64,000 nucleotides of DNA from Perna viridis. Its lineage: Eukaryota. Positions within the stretch are counted from its first letter, which is position 1; every line of letters begins with the position of its first letter. The stretch lies in assembly GCA_037379345.1 (NCBI GenBank), contig CM074515.1, forward strand, positions 10,292,001 through 10,356,000. Direction: 5' to 3'. Positions 28,826 through 42,500 of the stretch are shown here, in pieces. The notes beneath the pieces are model-generated. The model searched no databases and was not told where the DNA came from. It worked only from the letters and a program-made list of their open reading frames with translations. The position numbers were made by a program, and so were the translations under genes.

Positions 28826-28956
28826 TGTTACTTTGTATGTATTATACTAGTTATTTTATATTCTTTGTTGTATCTTTCTGTTTTCCATGTCTGGTCTTTG
28901 TCCGTGGATGACATTCTTATGATTTCCGCTAGAATCCTGGTCCCCTTTTTACTTTT
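28826..28956 (+). mobile_element. Short 3'-tail fragment of the Penelope-like family
   Basis: Contains ctgttttccatgtctggtctttgtcc...gatttccgctagaatcctggtccc. Confidence 0.8.
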
Positions 28957-31707
28957 TAACATTTTATAAAACTCTATACTCAGCTAAAGCTATTTTACAT
29001 ACGAAGAGGGCAGTTGAGGCGCAGACCATTTTCTGTTCAAGGGGAAACCTGGGATTTGATGTTGAACTTGTACATTATTATTTGAAAATCTACACTGTTA
29101 AGTATTGGGGAAAATATTAACTCATATTTTTTTTTCTGTTCATGTCTGAGCGTTAAAAAAAATTGGCTTAAACTTGGAATATTCTTTTTTCAAAATAACC
29201 CCCGCACCCCTCGTATAAAAATGGTAATATTTTTTCCACAGTTTGCCAGATCAAAAAGGGGGATATGGTTGTGATCACACCAAAGTACTTTAACCCAGCC
29301 ATTTTTTTGGCGCCTGCCCCATGTCAAGAACCTCTTTATATATTTTTTTCGCTGACAAATTCACCATTTCATTCTCATTATGGGACAGTTCATTAGAACA
29401 AGTAATTACGCCGACGTGAGAATAAACGTTAGTTGTTATTCCTTTATCATTGTATTTCTGTATTTTACAAATAATTAAACACTTTATCGCCTTATAATTT
29501 TCCACCGGTGGTTGGCACTTCATAGTTCGATAAGATTTTCAGAGATTATTAAAGATACCCTTACTAGAAAGCCCTGAATCATCGTTATGTCCAATTTACC
29601 TATGAAAATGTGTGTGCTCTGGTACTTGCATCATCGAGCTTTGTTTTTTTGTTCGAAAGAAACACGGTCTTGTTACAGTTACATACATACAGTACAACCA
29701 GGTCCCTAGAAGACTTAATAGGTCGTTCCGATCGTGACCCGACTTCGTTCTGTCGAGAAGGGACAACTTACTGTTTTCAGTCGAACGCTCCGTACAAGTT
29801 AATAAAATTACAAATGGGTAACTCGGCGAGTGACGCCTATTTGCTGTACCTGAATTTTTATAATCAGAATTCATGGTTAATTACTAACCGTACTAGTTAA
29901 ATTAGATGCATGTACATGTACATGTATATCTGCTATACTTACTTTTTGTGCAATGTAGCTGACCAAGATGAGGTGGCCAAACATCATTCTTAATTAACTT
30001 ATTGAATATATTCCAGATGAGCGCAAAGCTATTCTAATCTCGGATTCAATAGGAAAGTGTGTTGATAAAAAATTATAAGGAGGTTGATATCAAATTAGAG
30101 TAATTTTGTCTTCGTAACGATTTAAAGTTTGTCAGGTTTTTACACCAAGGTTATCCCATTTGGAGTTTATACGCCCGAATGGACGGGGCTTCATTTAAAT
30201 TTTGAGGGAACTAGGCAGTTGCGCCCGTCCATTATTGATACTTTCGCGCATATGTAATATGATATTTTATGTATTTTTCTTAGACATATTTATATTTCTT
30301 GGTTCTCTCCTCCGATGACGTCGCTTGTAGTTATGTTTGTTCTGTCTTCGATGGAGCGCTGTATTTCTCTAACAAGGAAGTAGTCCATTCTTTGAAGCAC
30401 CGTATCTCTTAAAAAGGAGAAGTTTATTTTTTGTGAGAACGTGCATGATTCAATATTTCAGGCGTAGGGATTATAAGGCGACAGTATACGCCTTGGTTTT
30501 ATAATAGACTTTAGAGGAGTTTCTTCCTTTGGGTGATATCATTCACATTCAGTTATTTGGCGGACATTTCAAAATTTTATGTTGCCCGCCAGTATTATTT
30601 GGTTTGCTTTACTCAAATGTATATATATTTGTCATATATGTGTCTTGTTGATATTGATATTAGGTTGTACATGTGATATATTTCTTATTTACACGTCAAC
30701 CAAAATTTAATAAAATCCTGCATGCTTTTGATTGAACTATTCAGTCTAGCCGTAATTGGAAGTGATACTGCGAATAAATTACTTTTTTTTGTAATTTGCA
30801 TGCCAACACGTTCTTTTCAAACAAAATTTGGTTACAATGTAACAAATCCAAGGCATCTTTCAGACATTTCATAGAATAACTCGAACTGACGAAACCATAT
30901 GTTAGTATGGTAGAATAAGCGTAAAATAGCTATGACTGTAATCCTGCAGATCAGGACAATGAGGTTTGACCAATTTAACAGACCCTGCTTTGTACTACAT
31001 GTGTATTTATTAAGCCTGATTTGCAATGTGTTAGCTCATACTAAGGTAGACATGTCACCACACTCGAACTCTGAGCCAACCAGTCAGATCTATCTTCTAT
31101 ATGCCACATCCTTTATGTAGAAGCAATGACTACCAGTTATAAAGCCCTTTGTATGAAAAGGCTATAAATCTGGTATGGATTGGCTAGGGATCTAACAATC
31201 TCCTAAAAATGAGTTAAGCAGACTACTAGATATTTGGCCCCGGCACCACACTTAAATTAAGAAAATTCTTAACTGTTTGTGACATCATCAATTTCCAAAA
31301 CGTTTATTTGAGTTACCATTGAAGTTAAGAATATTCTCAGACTTAAGAATTTTCTAAACTTTTATGGGGATGGGGCATGAGGCTGAAGATGATATATAAG
31401 GGCAACAGGTAAATACTGGTTATATCCTTTTATTAAAAAAGCAACAGATATGAACAATGACAATATTTAACAATTGCACCAAATTATAAAAAAAAAGCTT
31501 CACAGAGCACAAGTTGATATAGCTGCAGAGGTTATTCCCTGAACAGTTTGAGCACACCATTCAAGCTTGATACCATTACACCATTACAATTTTTTGTACT
31601 TTTATTAAAACATAACAACTATGTTTCATTATATTGTACCTGAAAAATAAGTTTCACATATATAATTATCATACCCCTTTTTTATCTAAATTTTCACAAT
31701 TCAACAA

Positions 31708-31857
31708 CAGGAATGGATCCAGGATTTCAGGTCAGGGGGATAAATAGAATTAATGACAAGAAAATTTTTTGCTGAAAATAACAAGATTTCATGCCAAAGA
31801 AAATTTCCCAATTTTAAGGGGTATGCCCAGCACACCTTTCCTTTGGATCCATGCTTG
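31708..31857. mobile_element. Degenerate GGATCC-TIR MITE
   Basis: caggaatggatcca ... tggatccatgcttg, flanked by AACAA on both sides. Confidence 0.55.
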
Positions 31858-32371
31858 AACAAATATGGAATAATCTAGTTCAGGCAGTTCTAAAACATAT
31901 CTTCACACATCAGGTTAGAAATCATAAGGTACAAAAACTTCAGTTGGAATAACTATAACTTATATTCAAGAATATGTATTTTTACAATAATACAACATAA
32001 TATTCAGAGGTATAATGAATAAACCTACTTTCATTAAAATTTGATAGAAACATCAAATATAAATACAAAAAGTTAACTTCTCAATGGCTGGTACGTTCCA
32101 CTTATCATTATGTGACAAAATGTATTTTTATGCAGCATTTAGGAGACAGCAAAAATTATAAGTAGCCAAAATTAAAAAAAAAAAAAAAAAACAATTTTTG
32201 ACACCATTCTGCAATAATTATGTTCCACAAAAATTAAGTTATATAATACCAAAAATTTTGCATTAAGCTTACAATCATCAATTAATTAAAGAAACTTATA
32301 ACTACTAAAACATAAAACGATACCATTTAAATACATGTTCATGTAGTTACTGATTTATTAAAGGTGATTAC

Positions 32372-32617
32372 GGGCTGTGGGGACAATGGTTTGATTCTAA
32401 GTGGTGGGGGGGGGGGGGGGGTAGAAAATTTTGTTGGGTCAGAAATTTTGCAGATCATAAAATTTATTTTCTACCACATGGGGGCAAGATAAATTATTTC
32501 CATTTAACTGTATGAAGTATCTAAAACTTTGTTTATTTTTAAGGAGGTTTGGGCCAGAATATTTATTTAAAAATACTGCTAGGCCCCCCTCCCCTTCAGA
32601 ATCAAATGGTCATCCCA
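32372..32617. mobile_element. MITE remnant with poly-G/poly-C subterminal tracts
   Basis: Inverted arms tttgattct and agaatcaaa; G-run at about 32406-32421. Confidence 0.5.
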
Positions 32618-33449
32618 TAATTCTGTAATTCAATACATTGGGAATAGTAACAATACTGTCCTGTTTAAAATCCTCCCTTTAAAAGGACAATAAAGTTCAA
32701 AGATAAGTGTTAAGCCAAGATTAAAGAAGTATGCAATGTTCAACCAATGATGTATACCAAAATCATTACAAAAGATTAGCAAAAAGATTATGGAAAGATT
32801 CTCGATAGAGGTAAGACATTGGACATCTAGTGGCCAGGGTATAAATTAGGTGACTTTGTAACCATGATGACCAAAATGTTTCTGAATCAAAACAACTCGG
32901 AGACTAGGAGTTTCTCAGCTATATTACAGAAAGTTCAATGCTAACTGATCATTTCATCTTTTAATGTAAACTTCCCCCTCTCATACAAGTAAAAAGCACT
33001 TGTAGAACACACATAAAGTATTCAAGAGGTACATTCTGATCTCATATGAAGCTAGAATTGACGATTCTACAGCACCAATCAGCAGCATAAGGTGGTGTAG
33101 TGATATATAATTATGCAAATCATATACAAATGTAAAGTACTGAAATTATGAGAGCAAGAAGTTGCTAACAATTTTAGCAACTTAATAAAACGACTTTTGG
33201 TGTGATAATATCTCAGTTTTTTTATAAAATATCATGTTGTTGACATCGTGATATTTTCTTAAAAATAACTCACTATAACACAATAGCTATTTTAATAGAC
33301 AACAAAAGAGATAATGTGATTTTACAAATTACTTGTATCATATGCACATCAATGCTAATCCTAGGTTTAAATTTGGAACATTTCTGGTATAATTTATAAC
33401 AATTGTTTAGACAAATCATAAAATTATTGAAGCTAAAACAAATTTGGTA

Positions 33450-33582
33450 TTATCTCCTGGGCTTTAGTGACATGGCCTTCTGTCTATGCTTAGCTTGGAC
33501 TTGTTGGAAATGTTGGAGTAGTTCTTGGAAGTTGATACTTGACACGAGTGGTCTCTGATCTGTTGCACTCTTCATTTTCAGT
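33450..33582 (-). CDS. VAC14: VAC14 exon 17 (terminal, includes stop)
   Basis: CTTCAG acceptor in the required phase; [43 protein letters not shown] resembles the conserved 'ELLQHF..VQ.KH' terminal helix. Confidence 0.9.
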
Positions 33583-36500
33583 CTGAAGTGTATAAATGAT
33601 ATACATTAAATATATTACATCAAAAATATATGGTGAGAAAAACAATTAAATTCTTGTTTGTCTTCTCTCCATTACCTGATGAACTATATAAGGTATTGAA
33701 TGACCATCACCTGATGAACTATAGAAGGTATTGAATGACCATTATACCTGATGGACTATATAAGGTGATAGAAGTTAACTTGACAATGGAGATATATACT
33801 TCCTATCGTACAGATTCAAATACCTATGGAATATTCAAAGTTCAAATAATCTTGTTCATTGTCCTGTTAGCTACTTAGAGAAAATACATCAGTGATTGGT
33901 CAATTAATACTAATGATCTATCTCATGAAGTTAACTATTTAACTCACTGTAACAACTATTTTTATACTTTAGATTTTTTAAATACTGGTAACAGATGTCT
34001 GTGAAAGTAACATATCAATATCAGATATATATGATGGAATGAAGCTACAAGAATACACCAGTTTGTACTGAACATTGAACATATCTATAATAACATGTTA
34101 TGAACATAAACCTGTACAAACTGAATCACACTAAACCATATGTTCAATATGCATTCACTGTAGAGGTGGATGCATTATATTTCAAAGAAAAAGAGCACCA
34201 ACTGGCCATATGTGTGGATGATCATGGAATCTATAGGCCATCAACTAAACACATTATCTCTCGAATAGGGACCCTTATTGTTAAGGTCTCTTCTTAGTGC
34301 AACTGAAGAAGTTATTTGGTTTATAAATAACTTATATTACATAAATCAGTTAATTTGTGGTCCCTTTAGGTTCATGTACTAGCGTACTGCAATTATATCT
34401 ATATTTCAACAAAGGCATTGCATCTCTGAAAAGGTAGGATCCAAAGTCCAAACTACTGTGAACGGATTTAAAAATTTTCATGGTTACTTTTCTGTAATTG
34501 AACATATTCAGGGGTATAAATTTTCATTGTTTTCAAAAGAGATAAGCGCTTCATAGTGTTAAACATTAATTTTGTGGAACCAATTTTTTTTATGCATGTC
34601 CAAAAATAGCAAAAACTAGAAATCACTGAGAGAGAATCCATCTATGTGTGCTCCACTGTGGCAATTAAGCCATGTTTATGAGTGGATTTTAGTGATCTAC
34701 CCACATGCCAAATATCAAAACTAACATTGAAAGACAAAAGAGTTACAGCCTGGACAAGAGCTAGTCAACGAAAAAAACAGGAATTCGACATTGAAGTCAA
34801 AGTTCAAGGTCATAGGCAACTATCTATGGTACATGACACATTGTTTTTAGGTGATCTACCTACATGCAAAATATCAAAAGCCCACATTGGAAGACATAAA
34901 AGTTACAGCCTGGACATGAGTTTATCACTAAAAAAACCCCCAAAAAACAGGAATATGAACTTGAGGTCACAGTTCAAGGTCAAAACCACTACCCATGGTA
35001 CAGGTCAAACACGTCAATCATAAATTCTTGAATTTATGATTTTTGACAACTACCATACAATTGAATAGGAAATTTGTATTTCATTTGGAACTAAATGTAG
35101 TGGTGTGCCACATCCATGAAAATCTAGAATATTATTACCCCACAAAAAATAGAATATCCACAGTATATAAGAGTTCATCAACATTACAAATTGTTTTATA
35201 AAACACATTTACAGTAAAATTATCATCATTAATATTGACAGAGCTTAAATAGCGCTTATCTAAAAATATTACTACAAGCACTTTAAAATCACTTTTTATT
35301 CATTTGTTTTCATGCATTCTTTTGAACTTGTTCATCATTAAATACTGCACACAAAACAATCTAAACATGTATTTATATTACAAAGTCATTGTACATGTAC
35401 AAGTACACCATATTGCAGTGAGACCTCTACTTAAATATCAAGTAGTGGCACATGTTTTAAATATTGGGAATGACTTTCCACTAAAATCTAAAGAGTTCTC
35501 TTATACATTCAGGAACACTAAAATATAAAATATGTTATCTTGAAGTGTTTGAATATGTCACCATTTTCTTAACAACTTTGGTGATCCACAAAAACCACAA
35601 AAATGAGTGAACTATTCTTGTTGGAAAAAATCAACAGGATTACTAACATAAGTTTTTTTTTCATTTATGAATAATTCAGTTAATAAAAATGACAAAATAA
35701 GTGTCAATTTTCATGATAAATAGACACAGAAAAAGACAGATAAAGTCAGAAAATTTATCTTATTTTATTAAAGTAAATGTAATTTTGGACAGATGTTGTT
35801 TTTCATTTCAATGTTTACCTTAAGATTAACCATTAAAAACATTTAGCTTACAAATATTTGCATTAATTTCCTAAGTACAAGGGCCATAACTCTGCAAAGA
35901 AAAATATCAAACCAGAACAACTTGCCATGGTAAAGCTATGTACCAAATATCAAATGAACATCGGCAAGCATGCAGTAGAAAAAGAACAAATATGGTGAAT
36001 TGCAACAAATGCCCCAGAGTATAACCTAAATACAAAACAGTAAATACTTTCAGAGACCACCAATAGGTCTTCAATAAGTGTAAACACACTTTTAATTTTT
36101 GTTGATGGATTTTTGTTCATATTAAACTCATCCTAATTTGACTTTCATAGTTATTCACATAAAAGCAGTATTTTTCTGAAGTATATGTATATAAACAAAC
36201 GTAACAAAAAAATAAAAAAATAAAATTCTTCCTTTCATCCTTATGATTTTGAAAAATGGCAGCGTATCTTATGAATAATTTGAGAAGGCCTTAAGGAAGA
36301 AATATTTTTACACACATTTTTTTTGTTTGTTAAAGAACAGGAAATTGGCAGTATAAAGAAATACATTTATAAATATGATTGGTTATAGACAATAACTCCA
36401 AGAATAAAGTTTATGATACAAAAAGTGTGAAAAAATAATGTCTAAAAGGGTTGCACTCAATTTAAGTTTGTAATCCATCACTTTAACCTAAAACCAAATA

Positions 36501-39500
36501 AAGAAAATGAAGTCATGGAATGTTGACAATCGGTAATGACTATCCTGTGTTATTTATATACAGGATTCCTATGACGTAAAACAAAGGGAGATTGATAGGC
36601 CATACTTGTAGTTTTTACATTGCAACCTTAATTCAACCTGTAAGGCTGTATCCTTGCATTAACTAAAATTAAGATTATTTCAATTATTTAGGATTGACAA
36701 TAATTGGGAATGAATCATATCTTGTACCACAATGAAAGTTGATAATGTAAATCCTATAAAAAGTACTGACAAAAAATAAATTACAAATAATTCTGTTTTT
36801 TTTTATTTAGTTATTTTCTTCACTATAGAACAAAAAGGTATTCTTACATAGTTTTGAATTACAGTGGAATATTTTTTGTACTTCAATTGTTAAGTTCAAA
36901 TTTCAATGAGTTTGGAAAGTTTGACCTTCCCTGAAATCACAAATATTGGAATACAACAAAATATTTTTTCTCCAAATTCTCATAAAATCAAGGCAATCAT
37001 AAAATAGTCAAAAAAATATCACAATTTTCAGTTCCAAACAAAACAGCTAAGTTAAAAATCAGGCTGAGCAGTAGTTTTCACAAGTGCATCCAAAAATTTC
37101 CAAAGCAACTAATGGGAGAATCTATTGCAGTAACAGACTTCAATATATACCAACCAATAAGAATATGATCTCAAGTACCAACTATTTATAAAACTGTCAA
37201 ATGCTGCAGAATAAGAAATCTAATTTATGCTTGTTATCTCAATGCCATGAAATTTTATTTCCCTTTTTAAAAACAGACAAACCAAGTGACCTCTACTGGA
37301 TGCTAATATGTCTGTATCAAAATGAATTAGTAAATATTTCATACCACTTCAAATAACCATGATAGTACCAAGGTGAACACAATTTAATGAGAATCTATTG
37401 TCATTCAAAGACCATAAATAGTAAATAAACCAGACATTCTCTAATGTTATCTGTTACTTTGTCACTGTATATATGACCTGGTTAAGTGTACACTGGTGAC
37501 AGGTTAATACTACAATTAACCCAACATCAAAGCAAATTAAGTGTGAATTATCCCCCTTTAATTTTATTTTATGGGCCATTTAATAGCACATAACTAGTCA
37601 CACATCCAGAAACTTGATACTCTACATTGTAATTGTTTCTCTAATCTAAATTAGACATTACTTTAAATGTTAAATGATGCATAAAACTGAAAGTTACATA
37701 AAACTTCCCACCCATCCATTTTCACGTTCAATTAAATCAATTGTTCCAACAGTAGAACCAACTACTCCACCAATGTTACAGGTTGTCATTCAATCTATTT
37801 TCTGACTTGAAGTCATTCCTGGTTTATGGATGAATAGCATACCAACCTCTTACATGATAGGAGAATAGTATAATGTACAGGAAAGTATAGTCTTACAGTG
37901 TACAGTAGAGACAATAATTTTAAGTCATAAAGAAGTTAAGTTAAAAGAGATACTTCAATAAATTTTTTTGACTAAATAATCATTCAAAATTTAATTTATT
38001 TATATCATTTCTAAGAGTATTAGTTTGTAAAAGTTCCCAGCATATATAGCATAAAAACAGAAATAGAAAAAAGAAAACAAAATGATAAGAAAACAAGATG
38101 ACACTCCAATGGTATCTATCTCAATCCAAAATGCTATCACTGTTTATGAGTGGTCTGTGAAGACTATATTTGATAGATCTATAAAACTTGAATGTTTACA
38201 TGTACTATACCTATAGTTCACTCACAATACAAATGTAAGTTTGGCTAAATCAGCATTTTCAAATTATAAATAACAGGCACTTAAAAAACTTGAACTTACA
38301 ACAAGAATTCAATTACAACAGTCGCTAGACATTTTCAAGTTCTCAAAAATATAAAAAAGATTCTTTACTTTTTTAGATTAAATCAGTTTTAATGTTAAAT
38401 TTTATGAGCTGATGTAACAATACCATCATATTTATGTTCACAATGATATTTTTGTAGAGTGTTAGTGAATAAAATGATAATTTGAAGTGTTTTTCACAAA
38501 AAATCATTGTGATACAAAATACAACAATGTAAGTATAACTGTAATGAGCAAAATTATATAAACATTTAGGTACATGTTTAATACTCCACTTTGTATAAAA
38601 ATGCTGAAATAGAAAGTAGGTGGAGCATGTACATTTTTATCATTTACCAAGATAAAATGACATCTGTATGTCTATCAAACACGGTTGTGAAAAACAGATA
38701 GTCTTAACTATCTTAACTAAAAACAGTCTTAATAATCATCACATGTACAATGATTTGGAAGACATCTACTTTCATGTAGTTTAATTGCACTGTCACTGTG
38801 AAATTGCTCCTCAACATTTGGTTTTATTTTCTGCTAGTTGGACTGCTTTCAGTATGTCCTAAAAATATTCTATATTAGCATGAAGATTTTTGTATTTTTT
38901 AATGGAACTTTTTCATTATTTGTCAAAATTATTGCTAGTATATATATTGGATTTCATAAGAACATCTATGTTTCAATGAAAATTATGACATAATTCATGG
39001 GGAGTATGGTATTGTCCTCAATTACACATGGGCTGGGTCTTTATATTCAATTATGTTGTACCCAGGGATGGCAAGGTATAAAATATGAATGTTAAAGCCA
39101 ACCCATGTGTAAATGGGTACACCACCATATCTTAAACGAATTATTTCTGTTCTAATATAAGAAAGACTAAATCTACATCTGAATTGCAAAGGATATACAT
39201 ACATGTATATATATATATTGGGTTATGTTTCTCTTGACAACAGCTTTATACAACCGCAAAGATAGTACCTTGAACAGTTGAAAGAAGTATGGACATAGCA
39301 TTCAAACCTGATATAGTTCTAACTATGGTTTTAGATTAAATTTTTGACACAATACATGATTATGACCATATTAAAGGTGGTCAAAGATTTCAAAATACTG
39401 TGAAAGTATTATTGTTTGTTGGGTACCAATTTTTGTGGTTTTCTTGGGTTTGGTAAATCATGAAATTTGGTTTCCAACTAAAAGGAAATTTTCCTTTCTT

Positions 39501-42500
39501 TTTTTCTGATAAAGTTGCAAATCCATGAATTCAAGAATTCATGAACTGATAATTTTTCCCTAAACCATGAAAATTGGTACCAACAAATAAAAGTATGCAT
39601 TTAGTATGCATTTAGACAAAAGAAATGACATTTATACAATGAAGAAGAAAATTATTATTTATGACAGTTTTTTGGTACCTTAATCATAAAAGTTGGTCCA
39701 TTAAATCAATTCAGGAAGAAACCTTGTAGTTCAATTTCATAGAGTTGCATACAATTTCACTCAAGTTTTTGCAATGAAACTTGTCTTTTCCTTATTGCAA
39801 ATTCCTAAGTGGCTCAAGTCCAAACCCTAAAATCAATCAGATCCTTCCTTATGTGAAATGGCACCTTGTGGTAAAATTTCAAAGGGATCTTTACACTTTT
39901 ATTCAAGTTATTGTTTGGACATCAGGAATATAATTGTTTATGTCTCTCTTTTTGGCCAAAAATTCCTAAAAGATTTCAGTCACAACCCACTTGCCAATCC
40001 AATGCTCAGTAACCTTAGCCAAGGTTCCATAAATATCTCAAATTGAGAATTTCTTCAAATCTTGGATTTCAAGTAATCTGGTTCGTTATATTTTGAGCTG
40101 AGGAAGAATTTAAGGATTTTTATGAATTTGTACCCTGGTTGACCATAGTCCTTGTCATTCTCTATCCACATTTAAAAATGTCCTTTGATTGACTCTCATT
40201 TTACCTCATAGAAATATATTTTACGTGATTATAGAAACTCAGGGTCAAATGACAACTATAGGCAGGAAGAAGTACAACAAACATCTCCCTTTATTATTTC
40301 GTATTATTAACAAGATTATAAGTGGTTACGGAAGTCAGTTAAACTCTCAGTTAGGAACCTTACTTTTAATGTAAAATGTTTGTACTACTTCAATAAGTTA
40401 ACAACTGACATTCAATCATCAATAATAATATACATTTTGGTCACTCCGTACACTTAAATTTTATGAGTGAATAAAGGAAATAATTTGACTATAGAACATA
40501 TTTTTTATGAACTAAGGCTCAGTTTATTATACTATTCGCAAAGATAAAACCTACATCCTGTACTAATGTTTCCCCCTGATAAATTTCCTTGATTTTTATC
40601 AGTGCAATGACTTTACAGCAACTGTCATTCATTTTTAAAATAATTGGAAAAATAAATTAGAAAAACAGAAATAACAAATACCCTTGAAAAATAAAAAAAT
40701 AAAATAATAAAATCAGAAATATACAAGTATGATTCATATGGAAGAATTCTCCATAAATTTGAATGCAGAAAGATTATTACCAATGTTTGTATTCACATTA
40801 AAAATAACATACATAGTTAAAGTCCAAAATATAAATTTATCACACAAAACAGTAAAGGGGATTTCATCTTCTAATAAATCCACCAAATTATGAAAAAAAT
40901 TTCTAAAATATTTGACAGTAGTTTGAATGCTTGGTTGTGTAAATTTCCTTATAGGAGGAATAGACAACAGAACATGTATAGGGCATTGATGAAAAGTGAA
41001 TTATGATGAGTAGTACATCACAATCTAATGTGTCATTCATTCAAGCTTTCAACTTCTTCTGACTTCAGTGTCACTATGACCTCAATATGCAATGAACTTT
41101 ACAGATTTCAGAACAGAAAGCAAAGCATGAGTAAACTAGGATGTTTTATGTTTAAAATTATATACAGATGTGCTTGAAAAAAAAACCTGATATAAATAAT
41201 ATGCCGTAAGACTGGAGAACAGACTTACAGACACGACTTACTTATCATTGATGAGAGCTAACTGGTACTGAGGAATACAATCAAGTCTATTGCGTAAAAG
41301 TTTAAATGCTTCTGACTGAGGTAATAGCATCAGTAAACCATACAAACTTTTGATTAAATCTTGATTGTTCTGTGCATCCAGTAACTGTAATCTAAGATCT
41401 GGAATTGAAATGAGGCTTTTTAGATAAGTGTTAAAATCAAACAAGCTACAAGGAAATGATAGAATACTTAAGAGTTATAATGATAGAATGATAGTGGATA
41501 GGAAATCTGTCCTCCAACCTCTATTCACATATTTCTCTGGTGTTCCATCTCCATATGAATGGAAGGATAACATTAAAATATTACAAATGGACTTGAAATT
41601 AAAGATGGAAACAAAGATACATACATGTAACTTAGAAATACACAATATAAACTAATGGCAAAATGTTAGTATAAACAAATGGACATCATGGAAAAAAAGG
41701 CAAGCATTTGATTTTATGGAAGACTCCAATCCAATTTCTAATTACATATTTAAAATTTTTTTCTCTGTTTTTTTCTTTTCCTAAGCTACGATATACATCT
41801 ACAAAAATGAAATCCTACATGTACATGTTCAGTAAAATCCTACATGTACCTGTTCAGTAAAATCTTATCCTAGGAACCTGTAAGTAATTTCAACCTAAAG
41901 GACAAAATAATAAGATACATGTATCAAACAAATACTTACATGCAAATATAGGGGACTCAATCAATTGTACAAGTTTATCAATCTCCTTGAGGAAATCAAC
42001 AGTAATCTCCAGTTCACCACTGATTCACAAGTCAAAGAAATATAACAAATTTATCTCATCAGATTGTCTGTATATTCAATAAAAAACATATTTCATCAAA
42101 TTTCCTACCTAAATATCTAAGTTACATGTTACATGCTGAACTAGAACTGTGAGAGGCTCTAGAGATCCTAAATCGCTCATTTGGTCAAAAATAGTTTCTT
42201 TAGCCTTCTAAGGCTGGGTTCTTTACCCTACTGTAGTATTGCCACAAGAATCATTTAATCAATAGAGAACATCTTAATATCCCCCAGATTTCATTTTATA
42301 AAATAAATTTCTCAAAGTAATTTTTAACCCTTCAAAAACAATAGCTCCAACATTAATCAAAAGAGCAACATGGAAATTTTGGCATAGGCCTATCTCATCA
42401 TGCTGATCAGTTTTAATTTTTTGAAAATTGGTTTTCAAGTTATTTCCACAAATCCTTAATTTTTAGGAAAGTTTTGACAGATCAATAATCCCTACCCACA

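Noticed and set aside
29400-30500. CpG-richer intergenic patch with a small inverted repeat (30178-30233)
   Set aside because: It could not be assigned to a gene, RNA or TE from sequence alone; probably a TE remnant.
33669-33767. Tandem CTGATGA units as minimal hammerhead ribozymes
   Set aside because: There is no GAAA core partner and no convincing stems II/III; treated as a minisatellite.
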